Below are positions 31,474-41,535 of a stretch of 64,000 nucleotides of DNA, one piece after another. The translations under genes and the position numbers were made by a program. Origin of the DNA: an uncultured Actinomycetota bacterium (GTDB lineage: Bacteria; Actinomycetota; Actinomycetes; Mycobacteriales; Mycobacteriaceae); contig CAWCXH010000004.1 of assembly GCA_963799495.1 (NCBI GenBank), forward strand, positions 67,232 through 131,231, written 5' to 3'. Numbering within the stretch: position 1 is the stretch's first letter; each line of letters begins with the position of its first letter. The notes under the pieces are model-generated. The model had not been told where the DNA came from. It searched no databases and saw only the letters and a program-made list of their open reading frames with translations.

Positions 31474-32583
31474 CTAGTGCTCTGTCTGTGATTTGATCTG
31501 GTGGAGGGTATCGCGGCCGCGTTGAACTTTGGCGATGATGTCGTCGGCGGTCGCTTTCCATACGAACGGTCGTGGGTCGATGTTCCAGTGTTCGGCCCAT
31601 GTGGTGATCGCGGCGCTGAGGTCGGTGACGCTCGTGAAAGTTCCGCGTCGCAATCGCTTGTCGGTGAGTTCCTTGAACCAGCGTTCGATCAGGTTCAGCC
31701 ACGAGCTTGAGGTCGGCGTGAAGTGCAGCCGCCAGCGGCGACGGTTGTTGTGCGCCAACCATTTCGCGATCTCGGGTGTCGAGTGCGCGGAGAGGTTGTC
31801 CAAGATGACGTGCACATCCAACTCAGCGGGGACGGCGGCGTCGATCTGCTTGAAGAACCGCAGCACGTCCGCGCCGGTGTGGCTCTTGCGCAGGTCAGTC
31901 AGGACTTCCCCGCTGGCAACGTTCATCGCAGCGAACAGGTCGACGGTACCGTTTCGCTTGTAGTCATGTGTCATCGTCCCGGCACGTCCAGGTTTCATCG
32001 GCAGCGACGGCTGGGTGCGGTCCAACGCCTGGCACTGGGTCTTTTCGTCGAAGCAGAACACCGCCGCGCGCGTCGGCGGATTGAGGTACAGGCCAACGAC
32101 ATCGACGAGTTTCTCCTCGAACCGCGGGTCGTTGCTGACCTTGAAGGTCTCGACCTTCCACGGCTTGAGGTTGTGGTCGGCCCAGATCTTGGCCACGGCA
32201 TCCTTGCCGATACCCAGCCGCGCCGCCAGAGTGCGGGTACTCCACTGCGTGGACCCATCGGCCGGACGCTCCTTGTGCGTCAGCCGCAGCACCTCCTCGA
32301 CCGTGCCCTTGGGCAGGCTCGGCTTGCGCCCACGACCTTTGGCGATCTTGCCCACGCCCGCCGGGCCGTGCTCGGCGAAGCGAGAACGCCAGCGCCGCAC
32401 CGTGTCCGAGTCCACCGCACAGCGGCGGGCGATCTCCTCGTTAGCCACCCCGGCGCAGGCCAACAACAGCCCCCGCGCCTGCACCACCTGCCGATGCGGC
32501 AGCGACGTCGACGACGCCATCCGCTCCAATACCGCTCGCTGCTCATCGGTGGCCGGCAACGCCGCTGCAGTCATAACAGGCAT
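31474..32583 (-). CDS. IS630 transposase
   Basis: N-terminal HTH, WSTRTLA, DDE motifs FCFDEKT, VILDNLSAH, WLNLIERWF; the TAG stop coincides with the terminal CTAG. Confidence 0.93.
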   Translation of the reverse strand: MPVMTAAALPATDEQRAVLERMASSTSLPHRQVVQARGLLLACAGVANEEIARRCAVDSDTVRRWRSRFAEHGPAGVGKIAKGRGRKPSLPKGTVEEVLRLTHKERPADGSTQWSTRTLAARLGIGKDAVAKIWADHNLKPWKVETFKVSNDPRFEEKLVDVVGLYLNPPTRAAVFCFDEKTQCQALDRTQPSLPMKPGRAGTMTHDYKRNGTVDLFAAMNVASGEVLTDLRKSHTGADVLRFFKQIDAAVPAELDVHVILDNLSAHSTPEIAKWLAHNNRRRWRLHFTPTSSSWLNLIERWFKELTDKRLRRGTFTSVTDLSAAITTWAEHWNIDPRPFVWKATADDIIAKVQRGRDTLHQIKSQTEH

Positions 32584-32623
32584 ACTACCAAACTACCGAA
32601 CTATTTCACAGACACTACGCTAG
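31474..32623 (-). mobile_element. IS630-family insertion sequence
   Basis: CTAG at both ends (31474-77, 32620-23); imperfect TIRs sharing TGTCTGTGA 5 nt inside each CTAG; single transposase ORF. Confidence 0.88.
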
Positions 32624-32811
32624 GCACCGGCGTCCGTAACTTTTCGGGTTTTCCAGCCGCCGGGGTTTGACCAGCCAGTTGTCCGGGCCGCAGGCCAGGG
32701 TGAGCTCGTCGATATTGGTCTGGCCGTCGTCGGCCCAGGGGTTTCGGCATGATGCACCTCGCACCAATACGCCGGCACCGTGCAGCCCGGTCGGGTGCAG
32801 CCGCGGTCCTT
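32624..32811 (-). pseudogene. HNH portion of a DUF222/13E12-repeat protein, frameshifted
   Basis: KDRGCTRPGCTVPAYWCEVHH / WADDGQTNIDELTLACGPDN / GGWKTRK in shifting frames. Confidence 0.85.
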
Positions 32812-32996
32812 GGAATGACTGTTTAGCTAAGGCCCGTTGGGAGATCGCATCCACTGTCATTGCGGGACAGTGTGATTGGCGGCGCCGCTGACTTGGCTAG
32901 GCTATCAGCAGGCGAATCATCCTGCGGCAAAGGAGATCCGTTGACCGTGTCGACCGCATCCCGGAGCCACTGCTTGACGAGGGACCTCACCGGCCA

Positions 32997-34100
32997 TTAT
33001 GCCGGTATTTGACCACTTACACGGCGCGAGAACGTGATTCGGCTGATCACTGAGTCCACCGCGGATCGCAGTCCGGGCACGAATGCCTCCGACTGCATCG
33101 TGCAGCAGGCATGTCCCGCGTCGACGGTCACGGTGTGCGCGTCGGGAATCTGGCGGGCTACCCACCGCTGGTGCCGCGGCGGGATAACCCCGTCACGCAA
33201 CGGTATTAGCACCGAGGTCGGCACATCAATATCAGCGATCCAGCCCGTGGAATCAAACCGGGTGATTTCGGCCAGCGCCCGCATCATCGCCCCGGCGCTG
33301 GTCGCCCGAAATTGCCCAAGCGCCCACAGCCGGTCATCCCTCACGGTGTCGTCGGTGCCGGACACCCCCACCGCCGCGGGCCGCCCAGGCTGCGGACCGA
33401 ACGCCTCCAGCAGCGCGGCGAAGACACCGGTCGCGAGGCGCTCATGGGCGGCACGGCCGAACGTCGCGGCCGCCGCGCACAGCACCAACCCGTCGACCCG
33501 GTCCCGATGGCGCCGCCACACCTGCTGCGCCACCAGTGATCCCATCGAAAATCCGACCGGGATGAACGTTTCGACGCCAAGCTCGTCGGCCAAGGCGGCG
33601 ACGTCGTCGGCGCAGTCCTTCAGCAGGAACCGTGGGGAGGCGATGCCCGAGCCGTGCCAGCGCTGATCGAACACCACCACACGCCCGAAACGGCGCAACA
33701 TCTCCAATGACGGATACCACGTCAGCAGCCCCGTACACGCCAGCGAGTGCAGCAACACAAATGTCGGACCCCCGGCAACTGGGCCGGAATCCACAACAAA
33801 CGTGCTGCCCCGACCGGAAAGCTCCACGACCCGGCCGTGCGGAAGGCGGCCAACCGGAGCCACGGCAGGCAGGTTGACCGACCGGAGCGCCAACGGCAGG
33901 CGCAGCGGGCTCCGAAGAGCGTCGATCACCCAGTACGGATGGGGAAAACCCGATGGGGTTATCGGTGCGGCGACGCAACCGGTTTCACGCAGATGCAGGC
34001 GAGACACGCTGCCGAGCACCATGCTCGGTCGCATGCCGCCCATCGCACCCAGTGACTGGGCAACTGCGCGCGAGGCGAGCCGCACAACGTTATCGCTCAT
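32997..34100 (-). CDS. Alpha/beta hydrolase
   Basis: LLHSLACT, FDQRWHG, GFSMG nucleophile elbow, DGVIP, C-terminal GH. Confidence 0.88.
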   Translation of the reverse strand: MSDNVVRLASRAVAQSLGAMGGMRPSMVLGSVSRLHLRETGCVAAPITPSGFPHPYWVIDALRSPLRLPLALRSVNLPAVAPVGRLPHGRVVELSGRGSTFVVDSGPVAGGPTFVLLHSLACTGLLTWYPSLEMLRRFGRVVVFDQRWHGSGIASPRFLLKDCADDVAALADELGVETFIPVGFSMGSLVAQQVWRRHRDRVDGLVLCAAAATFGRAAHERLATGVFAALLEAFGPQPGRPAAVGVSGTDDTVRDDRLWALGQFRATSAGAMMRALAEITRFDSTGWIADIDVPTSVLIPLRDGVIPPRHQRWVARQIPDAHTVTVDAGHACCTMQSEAFVPGLRSAVDSVISRITFSRRVSGQIPA

Positions 34101-34597
34101 CCGCGGTGCCCCTGAACTCTGAGTGCAGTTCCGCGTCGCCGTCCACGCGTGTCCAACCCGACGCGAACCCGCGCCGAAGATTCCACCGCCAGCTCAACGC
34201 GGCAGGACGGCGCGTCGTTGGCACGCCCGGGTGGATCGGGCATGATCCTTCGACCCAGCATCCCTGGGCGCTCGGTCTTCGGTCCGTCAGCGCCTGAACC
34301 GCTTTCGCGGCTGAAATGACTCAACAACATTCGGGACATACGGCCATGCTCATCGCTCACGCAGCCACGCAGCTAGAGTGGACCGCTACTCGCTTTTCGT
34401 CGACCCAGTACCCAAAGGGCCTGCAACGCTACCTCTCCAAGAATCCAGATCGTCGAAGCCAATGCCGAGAAGTCTCCCTACGAGTGGGCCAGGAGAACGA
34501 CCGCCGCCACAGCGGTGGCGCCCGCGCCACAAACCAGCCGCCGGGTATGAACAAGTACAAACTGTCCAGTCGCGGGCGGCCTGTATCGAACTGTCGC

Positions 34598-35745
34598 CTA
34601 AGGCAGGGTCGCCCGCGCTGTCGTCAGCGGTGTGGTTGGCGCGCGCGGTGTAGCACCTGCCGGTCTCGTTGTGGGAGTGGCTGTTTGAGTCGTGGAGTGT
34701 GTGTCGACCGCTGGGGCCGATGGTCGTGAGCCACCCACCTGGATACCGATGAATATGGTCGACGCGATCAACATCATCGCCAAGATGGCGGGAACCACCG
34801 TTGCCAGACGTAACATCGGCGGCTTCGTCGCGGCCGCGGGTGCGGAGCGTGTTGCGGTCGGCGCCAGCCGAGTGATCGCCGCCGCGGTGGCGCAACGGCT
34901 GCGCGGCGTGCCGATGTCACCTTGAAGCGCGGCGACGAAATCCCGGCAGCGGTCAAACCGATCCCCCGGGTCCTTGGCCAGCGCTCGCGACAGTGCCGCA
35001 TCGAGGTCGGCCAGTTCCGGCCGCACATCGCCGGGCAGCGGCGGCGCGGTGTTGAGATGACCGCTGATCACCGCGGCGGGGTTGGAGCGCGGGAACGGCG
35101 GCGCACCGGTCAGAAGATGAAACGCCGTCGCCGCCAACGCATATTGGTCGGCGCGCCCATCGATCGGTGCCTCCATCGTCAGCTGCTCGGGGGCGGTGTA
35201 ATCGACCGTGCCCAGCGTCATGTCGGTCGCGGTCAGCCCGCACGCGTCGTCGATGCGTCGTGCGATGCCGAAGTCGCTCAACAGCGTGCGCCGCCGGCCC
35301 GACTCTTCGTTGGCGAGCAGGATGTTGGCCGGTTTGACGTCGCGATGCAGCACGCCGCGATCGTGCGCATAGTCCAGCGTCTCGGCCACCGCCCCGATGA
35401 TCTCCAGCACTCGCCACGCGGCATGCCGGCCGGGTAGCGCTCGCGCAGCAGCCGCGCGCAGTCCGCGCCATCGACGTAGTCCATCGAGATCCACAACCGC
35501 CCGGCGTGCTCCCCGCGGTCGTGCACCCCGACGATGTGCGGATGCCACAGCGCGGCCGCGAGATCCGCCTCCCGGGTGAAACGGGCACGGTACTCCTGGT
35601 CGCCGGACACCTCGACCGGCAGGATCTTCAGCGCCTCGTGCCGCGGCAGCCTGGGGTGCTCAGCCAGATACACCTCACCCATGCCTCCCGACCCCAGCGG
35701 GTGCACAATCTTGAAGCCCGCAAACACCGCACCGTTGGTCAGCGG
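34598..35745 (-). pseudogene. Ser/Thr protein kinase (PknF-like, one TM), frameshifted near 35410 and lacking its own start codon
   Basis: [20 protein letters not shown] in one frame; [21 protein letters not shown] in another; GAG-TGC-TGG lacks one G. Confidence 0.85.
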
Positions 35746-35913
35746 TGCGGCCGCACCGCGGCCCTGGGTCGAAGCGGAGGGCACGTTGCTGCTGCCCGAC
35801 GCGTGGATCACCGCCTGGAAGAGGGACCTGACGTCGAGTTGGCCGGGCGATCCGGGGCAGACCTGCACCACATGCATACCGCCGCGGAGTACCGCCGCGT
35901 GCTGCGAGCACCG

Positions 35914-35975
35914 GCCGGCGTTGTTCACCAGGATGTAGACCCCGGCGTGCCCGTCGGCCACCTTGACAATCTTTC
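35914..35975 (-). pseudogene. Short-chain dehydrogenase fragment in frame upstream of the kinase
   Basis: [20 protein letters not shown] resembles the SDR GVDILVNNAG motif. Confidence 0.5.
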
Positions 35976-36163
35976 GGCGCGACGAGGCGCACAGCCGTCC
36001 GGCCAGCCCGCGAGTAGCACCGTTGACAGCCGCGACGCCCCCGCGACCATGGGACAGGGTCACCACGACTTCTCCTGAAATGGATTCTCGGTACGGACGA
36101 GGAATTCCATTGCCTCGCCAGCGTTTTCGAATTGATCGACGAACATGAGACGTACCTAGCGGC

Positions 36164-36956
36164 TCAGGCGAACCGCTTCGACAGGAACCGCGTCACCGCA
36201 TCGCGGAGATCGCCGCTGCGCGGCACCGCGCCGGACATCCAGTAGACGCCGTGAATCAGCCCGTCGAAGCGGATGCAATCGGTTTCGACGCCGGAATCGG
36301 CGAGTCGCTTCGCGTACGCCTCCGCCTCGTCGCGCGACACCTCGCACTCGGTGGTCAGCACCAACGCGGGCGGCAGGCCGGCCAGCGAGCCGGCCTTGGC
36401 CGGCGCGGCGAGCGCATTCCGAGTGTCTGCTAGTGACCCCAGGTACTGCTCCCAGAACCAGTCCAGCCCGGTGGCGGTGATCACGTACCCCTCCCCGAAG
36501 AGTTTCCGCGACTCCAGCCGCGCGGTCGGATCGACGACGGGATAGACGAGAACCTGCGCCACCAGACGCGGGCCGCCCGCATCACGCGCGCGTAGCGCAG
36601 CCACCGCCGCAAGGCTGCCGCCGGCACTGTCGCCCATGACGGCGATGCGCGCCGGATCGCCCCCGAAATCCGCGGCATGATCGGCGACCCACCGCAGCGC
36701 GGCGAACGTGTCGTCGGTGGCCGCCGGGAACTTGTGCTCCGGGGCGAGGCGGTAGCCCGCCGCGACGACGATCGCACCAACGTCGTTCGCGAGCGCACGC
36801 GCCGGCTCGTCCGACCACGGAAAGCCCGCCGCCGACGAACCCGCCGCCGTGGAAGTACACGACAACGGGTAGCGCCCCTTCACCCTCCGGTATGTAGATG
36901 CGCAACGGTTGTGCCCCAACGGGTCCCGGGTACGTCCCGTCGATCACGCGGGACAC
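36164..36956 (-). pseudogene. HSL-family esterase/lipase, frameshifted near 36812
   Basis: YFHGGGF in one frame; YRLAPEHKFPAA, GDSAGG, FDGLIHG in another. Confidence 0.85.
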
Positions 36957-37065
36957 GGCTGCGGCGGCGGGGGAAATTGACGGAGGGCGGGCACCGCAGG
37001 TTTCGCCGCGGTCGGATAAGCGTTACTGAAGTCAAGGTCCGCCACGGGTGAGACGGAGGCATCCG

Positions 37066-37102
37066 CATCTACCGGCGCCATCTACCGGCGCCATCTACCG
37101 GC
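37066..37102 (+). repeat. 13-bp tandem repeat CATCTACCGGCGC x2.85
   Basis: Directly visible units at 37066, 37079 and 37092. Confidence 0.9.
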
Positions 37103-37435
37103 TCTTTAGGTGATGCACCCTCTGCTGGGATCGGTGGGGCCATCAGTCTCGGCGCCCGGCGAGCGGCCCATCGGCGCGTCGGCTTGCGTCGGTGGTGGCT
37201 TGAAATACGTCAGAGACAGATGTTCGTGAGGCGCGGGAGAGACGGCGGCATGAGTAGGGCGCGCTTTACGCGCTTCATAAACAGGTAGTCGGCTACTCGT
37301 GAGAAGAGTTGTCATCGCGATGAGGCTTATGGCATCGCGGCCAGCACCGCCGCGACCACCGCTAAGGAGCACGTCATGAGCACCACCTACAACCCCAGCC
37401 GACCACCGACACATCAACATTTGAAAGGCAACACA

Positions 37436-37744
37436 GTGAAGCCCTTCGCGACCGTCGCAATCTCAGTCGGGGCATTGGCCTCTGCCGCTTTGGGTCTGGC
37501 CGGCGCTGCCGGTGCAGCTCCGTCGGGCGCTCCGACCGTAGATCAGACGGTCAGCCAGCTGAAGGCCGGCGGTTACGAGGTCATCCTGAACAAGGTCGGC
37601 ACGGCTTCACTGAATCAGTGCGCCATCAGTGCGGTCCGACCCGGCCAGACCTACTCCCGAACCGATTCCGGTGTACCGGGGGCCGGCGATGACTTGGTCA
37701 CCACCGTGACGAACAAGACGGTCTACGTCGACGTCAAGTGCTGA
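37436..37744 (+). CDS. Small secreted mycobacterial protein (alternative in-frame start 37376)
   Basis: GAAAGG RBS, signal peptide ending AGAA, LKAGGYEVILNKVG...C....C-terminal VYVDVKC. Confidence 0.8.
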   Translation: MKPFATVAISVGALASAALGLAGAAGAAPSGAPTVDQTVSQLKAGGYEVILNKVGTASLNQCAISAVRPGQTYSRTDSGVPGAGDDLVTTVTNKTVYVDVKC

Positions 37745-37771
37745 CAACCCAAGCTATACCGATCACCGGAC

Positions 37772-38200
37772 TGGTAAAACGCGTTGTGCTTGTTGCCCCT
37801 GCAGGTTGAGCGGGATGTCGAGGGTGGCGATCAACTCGTCCTTGAGAAACCAGGCTCGGGGTGAACCACCCACGACACAACAGCACGCTCGGCCATCCAC
37901 CGGGTCAGAACAGCCTCGCCGGCTGCGAAGGTGCGCCGGCCGCCCGAGCCGACACGGCGCAGTTCGAGGCCGAGCTCATCGGCGAGTAGGACGCCGAGCG
38001 TCTTGCGCAGCGTCGAGCCTTCCGCATTCGCGCTGCCGCCGCCGAAGTGACATCTGATGCGCTTGCGCAAATCTTGGCTGCTCGGTCGCTTCCCGTTCGC
38101 AGGCGGCGGACTCGGGCTGATCCCGACGTAGAGCAACGTCGAGCCGTCACCCTGTTCGCAGCCCGAAACGTCGATAGCCGCAGGCAGCCTGTGGCATCGA
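37772..38200 (-). pseudogene. GIY-YIG-like nuclease remnant with several frameshifts
   Basis: LLYVGISP, LRKRIRCH, AEGSTLRKTLG, then WFLKDELIATLDIPLNLQG and NKHNAFY in other frames. Confidence 0.7.
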
Positions 38201-38257
38201 CAAACCCGGCCGCCGAGAACCACTGGAACCAAACTGACACAAGTGATTACAGGGGAA

Positions 38258-38982
38258 TCAAGCAATCTTGTCGAGCATCAGATTGGCGACGTCGACGGCG
38301 TCCTCGGCACCACGCGCTGCCATCGGCACCGAGGTCCGTGACCTCCACGTCCACGACGCAGTCCGCCGCCACGCCCAGGGCCCGCTGAATCGACGACGGA
38401 CCTCGGCCCGCCGGCGTCGTGCGTCACGACGGCCGAGACGATGCGGCCGTCGACAACCACGTCGCTGATCTTGCTGGACCCGTCGCCGCCGCGCTGGTGC
38501 AGAACCATCGTCGTGCCGTTGCACTGTCGCCACTTGGCGGCCGCCGTCGCGAAGAACTCCTCGGCATCACCGGCGGTGGCAAGCCTGACCACACCGAAGA
38601 AACCCGAGAACGCCGGCCCACGCAGGTCGCCGCCGGTCCATGAGCGGCTGGCGACGGACCGGACCGGGCTCGCCGCGTAGGTGATGTTCTGCAGGCGGTA
38701 GGTGGCGCTGACACAGTCGGGGGGCGATGCCTCGGATTCGCCAATCCCGCGAAGCAATGTGTCGGCTCCGCCCTCGACGAGTTGGCCCATGAATCCGTCG
38801 GGCCCGATCCTCAGCGTGGTGGACAGCTCCTCGCCGGTGGGCAGGAGCTGGTTGAGTGACGACGTCGGCTTGTCACCGGCCGATGTGGTGGCCATGCCGT
38901 CGACGGTGGCCGTGCAGGCGGCCAGCAGTGCGCACGCGCTCGCGGCGGCAAGAGTTGGTCGTCGCGCGCGCATCCGGTTCAC
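38258..38982 (-). pseudogene. lppR: LppR-like sensor-domain (PknH-C-like) lipoprotein with two 3' frameshifts
   Basis: Lipobox LAAC; C-terminal motifs IQRALGVAADCVVDVEV and AVDVANLMLDKI lie in two further frames; downstream of lepA. Confidence 0.72.
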
Positions 38983-40845
38983 CTACTTCTTGGCCTTGTC
39001 GCCGCCGGCGTCGGTGGACAGCGCCGCGACGAACGCCTCCTGCGGCACGTCGACCCGGCCAATGGTCTTCATCCGCTTCTTGCCTTCCTTCTGCTTCTCC
39101 AGCAGCTTGCGCTTGCGGGTGATATCGCCGCCGTAGCACTTCGATAGCACGTCCTTGCGCAGCGCGCGGATGTTTTCGCGAGCAATGATCTTCGAACCGA
39201 TCGCGGCCTGTATCGGCACCTCGAACTGCTGGCGCGGGATGAGCTCCTTGAGTTTGGTGGTCATCTTGTTGCCGTAGGCGGCCGCGGAATCCTTGTGCAC
39301 GATCGCGCTGAACGCGTCAACGGCCTCGCCCTGCAACAGGATGTCGACCTTGACCAGCGACGCCTCCTGTTCGCCCGCCTCTTCATAGTCCAGGCTGGCG
39401 TAGCCGCGGGTACGCGACTTCAACGAGTCGAAGAAGTCAAAGATGATCTCCCCCAACGGCATTGTGTAGCGCAGCTCCACCCGCTCGGGCGACAGGTAGT
39501 CCATGCCGCCCAGTTCGCCCCGACGGGACTGGCACAGCTCCATGATGGTGCCGATGAATTCGCTCGGCGAGATGATCGTGGTTTTGACGACGGGTTCGTA
39601 GACGGTGCGGATTTTGCCTTCCGGCCAGTCCGACGGGTTCGTGACGACGATCTCTTCGGCGGCGGCACCCGGCTTGCCTTCCAACACCACGCGGTACACC
39701 ACGTTCGGCGAGGTGGAGATGAGGTCGAGGTCGAACTCGCGCTCCAGCCGCTCGCGGGTGATCTCCATGTGCAGCAGGCCCAGGAACCCGCAGCGGAAAC
39801 CGAAGCCCAGCGCCACCGACGTCTCGGGCTCGTAGACCAGGGCGGCGTCGTTGAGCTGCAGCTTGTCCAGCGCATCGCGCAGGTTGGGATAGTCGGAGCC
39901 GTCGACCGGATACAGCCCGGAGTACACCATCGGCTTGGGTTCGCGGTATCCGGTCAGCGCCTGCGTGGCGCCGTGGCGCGCGGTGGTGACGGTGTCTCCG
40001 ACCTTCGATTGGCGGACGTCCTTCACACCGGTGATGAGGTAACCCACCTCGCCCACACCTAGGCCGGCGGCCGGTTTGGGTTCGGGTGAAACGATGCCGA
40101 CTTCCAGCAGCTCGTGGGTGGCGCCGGTGGACATCATCTTGATCCGCTCGCGTGGGTTGATCGCGCCGTCGACCACCCGGACGTAGGTGACCACGCCGCG
40201 GTAGATGTCGTAGACCGAGTCGAAGATCATGGCCCGGGCGGGGGCGTCGGCGTTGCCCTGCGGAGGCGGCACCTCGCGCACCACATGGTCGAGCAGCTCC
40301 GCCACGCCCTCCCCTGTCTTTCCGGACACCCGTAACACGTCGCCGGCTTCGCAGCCGATGATGTGGGCGATTTCGGCTGCGTAGCGGTCCGGGTCCGCAG
40401 CCGGCAGGTCGATCTTGTTCAGCACCGGGATGATGGCGAGGTCGCGGTCCAGCGCCAGATACAGGTTGGCCAGCGTCTGCGCCTCGATGCCCTGGGCGGC
40501 GTCGACCAGCAGCACCGCGCCCTCACAGGCCTCCAGCGCGCGGGACACCTCGTAGGTGAAGTCGACGTGACCGGGGGTGTCGATCAGGTGCAGGACGTAG
40601 TTTTCGTCACCGACTTTCCACGGCAGCCGGACGTTCTGGGCCTTGATGGTGATCCCGCGTTCCCGCTCGATGTCCATCCGATCCAGGTACTGCGCGCGCA
40701 TCGACCGTTCGTCGACGACACCGGTGAGCTGCAGCATCCGGTCCGCCAGCGTCGACTTTCCGTGGTCGATGTGGGCGATGATGCAGAAGTTTCGAATCTG
40801 CGCCGGCGCGGTGAAGGTCTGGTCGGCGAGGCTGCTGATGGGAAT
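38983..40845 (-). CDS. lepA: Translation factor LepA/EF4, start probably non-canonical
   Basis: [50 protein letters not shown]. Confidence 0.97.
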   Translation of the reverse strand: MPISSLADQTFTAPAQIRNFCIIAHIDHGKSTLADRMLQLTGVVDERSMRAQYLDRMDIERERGITIKAQNVRLPWKVGDENYVLHLIDTPGHVDFTYEVSRALEACEGAVLLVDAAQGIEAQTLANLYLALDRDLAIIPVLNKIDLPAADPDRYAAEIAHIIGCEAGDVLRVSGKTGEGVAELLDHVVREVPPPQGNADAPARAMIFDSVYDIYRGVVTYVRVVDGAINPRERIKMMSTGATHELLEVGIVSPEPKPAAGLGVGEVGYLITGVKDVRQSKVGDTVTTARHGATQALTGYREPKPMVYSGLYPVDGSDYPNLRDALDKLQLNDAALVYEPETSVALGFGFRCGFLGLLHMEITRERLEREFDLDLISTSPNVVYRVVLEGKPGAAAEEIVVTNPSDWPEGKIRTVYEPVVKTTIISPSEFIGTIMELCQSRRGELGGMDYLSPERVELRYTMPLGEIIFDFFDSLKSRTRGYASLDYEEAGEQEASLVKVDILLQGEAVDAFSAIVHKDSAAAYGNKMTTKLKELIPRQQFEVPIQAAIGSKIIARENIRALRKDVLSKCYGGDITRKRKLLEKQKEGKKRMKTIGRVDVPQEAFVAALSTDAGGDKAKK

Positions 40846-40953
40846 CTCCAGGTCAGGGTTCGTAGAGGGGGCGCGCCTTGGGCACTTCCAGCGTATCCAC
40901 CGACCGCGCTCGCGACACAATCGCGCGGCGCCGTGGTCACCTATGCTTCGAAC

Positions 40954-41535
40954 ATGGCGTCGCAGTGGAAGACGTTCCAGCGGTTCGCGGAGAACCTGGT
41001 GTTCAACGAGGGACCGAAGTTCATCCGCCAGCTGCAGCGGCCGGAAACCCTGATCCAGCAGGGCATCAAGCTGGGGTTGGACGTCATCGCCGGCCCCGCT
41101 GACGAAGCGCCCGCGGCGATCACGTCGGGCCGTCCGGTGACTCACAACAGCGTTCCCACCGCGCAACGGGCCCGCAAGCTGGTGTACGCGCCGGATCTCG
41201 ACGGCCGGGCCGATCCAGGCGAAATCGTCTGGACCTGGGTGGCATACGAGGACGACCCGTCGCGCGGCAAGGATCGTCCCGTGCTGGTCGTGGGCCGCGA
41301 CCGCCAGGTGTTGCTCGGCCTGATGCTGTCGAGTCAGGACCATCACAGCGACGATCCGAACTGGGTCGGCATCGGCAGCGGCAGCTGGGATTACGAGGCT
41401 CGAGCGAGCTGGGTACGGCTGGACCGAGTCCTCGACGTCCCCGAGGAAGGGATCCGTCGCGAGGGCGCCATCATGGACCGGCAGATGTTCGATGTCGTCG
41501 CCGCGCGACTGCGCGCGGAGTACAGCTGGAGCTAA
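40954..41535 (+). CDS. Rv2405-like PemK/MazF-fold protein
   Basis: [14 protein letters not shown]...KDRPVLVVG; TATGCT -10 box 6 nt before ATG. Confidence 0.82.
   Translation: MASQWKTFQRFAENLVFNEGPKFIRQLQRPETLIQQGIKLGLDVIAGPADEAPAAITSGRPVTHNSVPTAQRARKLVYAPDLDGRADPGEIVWTWVAYEDDPSRGKDRPVLVVGRDRQVLLGLMLSSQDHHSDDPNWVGIGSGSWDYEARASWVRLDRVLDVPEEGIRREGAIMDRQMFDVVAARLRAEYSWS

Noticed and set aside
34097-34360. 87-aa ORF overlapping the hydrolase start (ATGA)
   Set aside because: No recognisable motif in any frame; may be a degraded upstream gene, but this is unsupported
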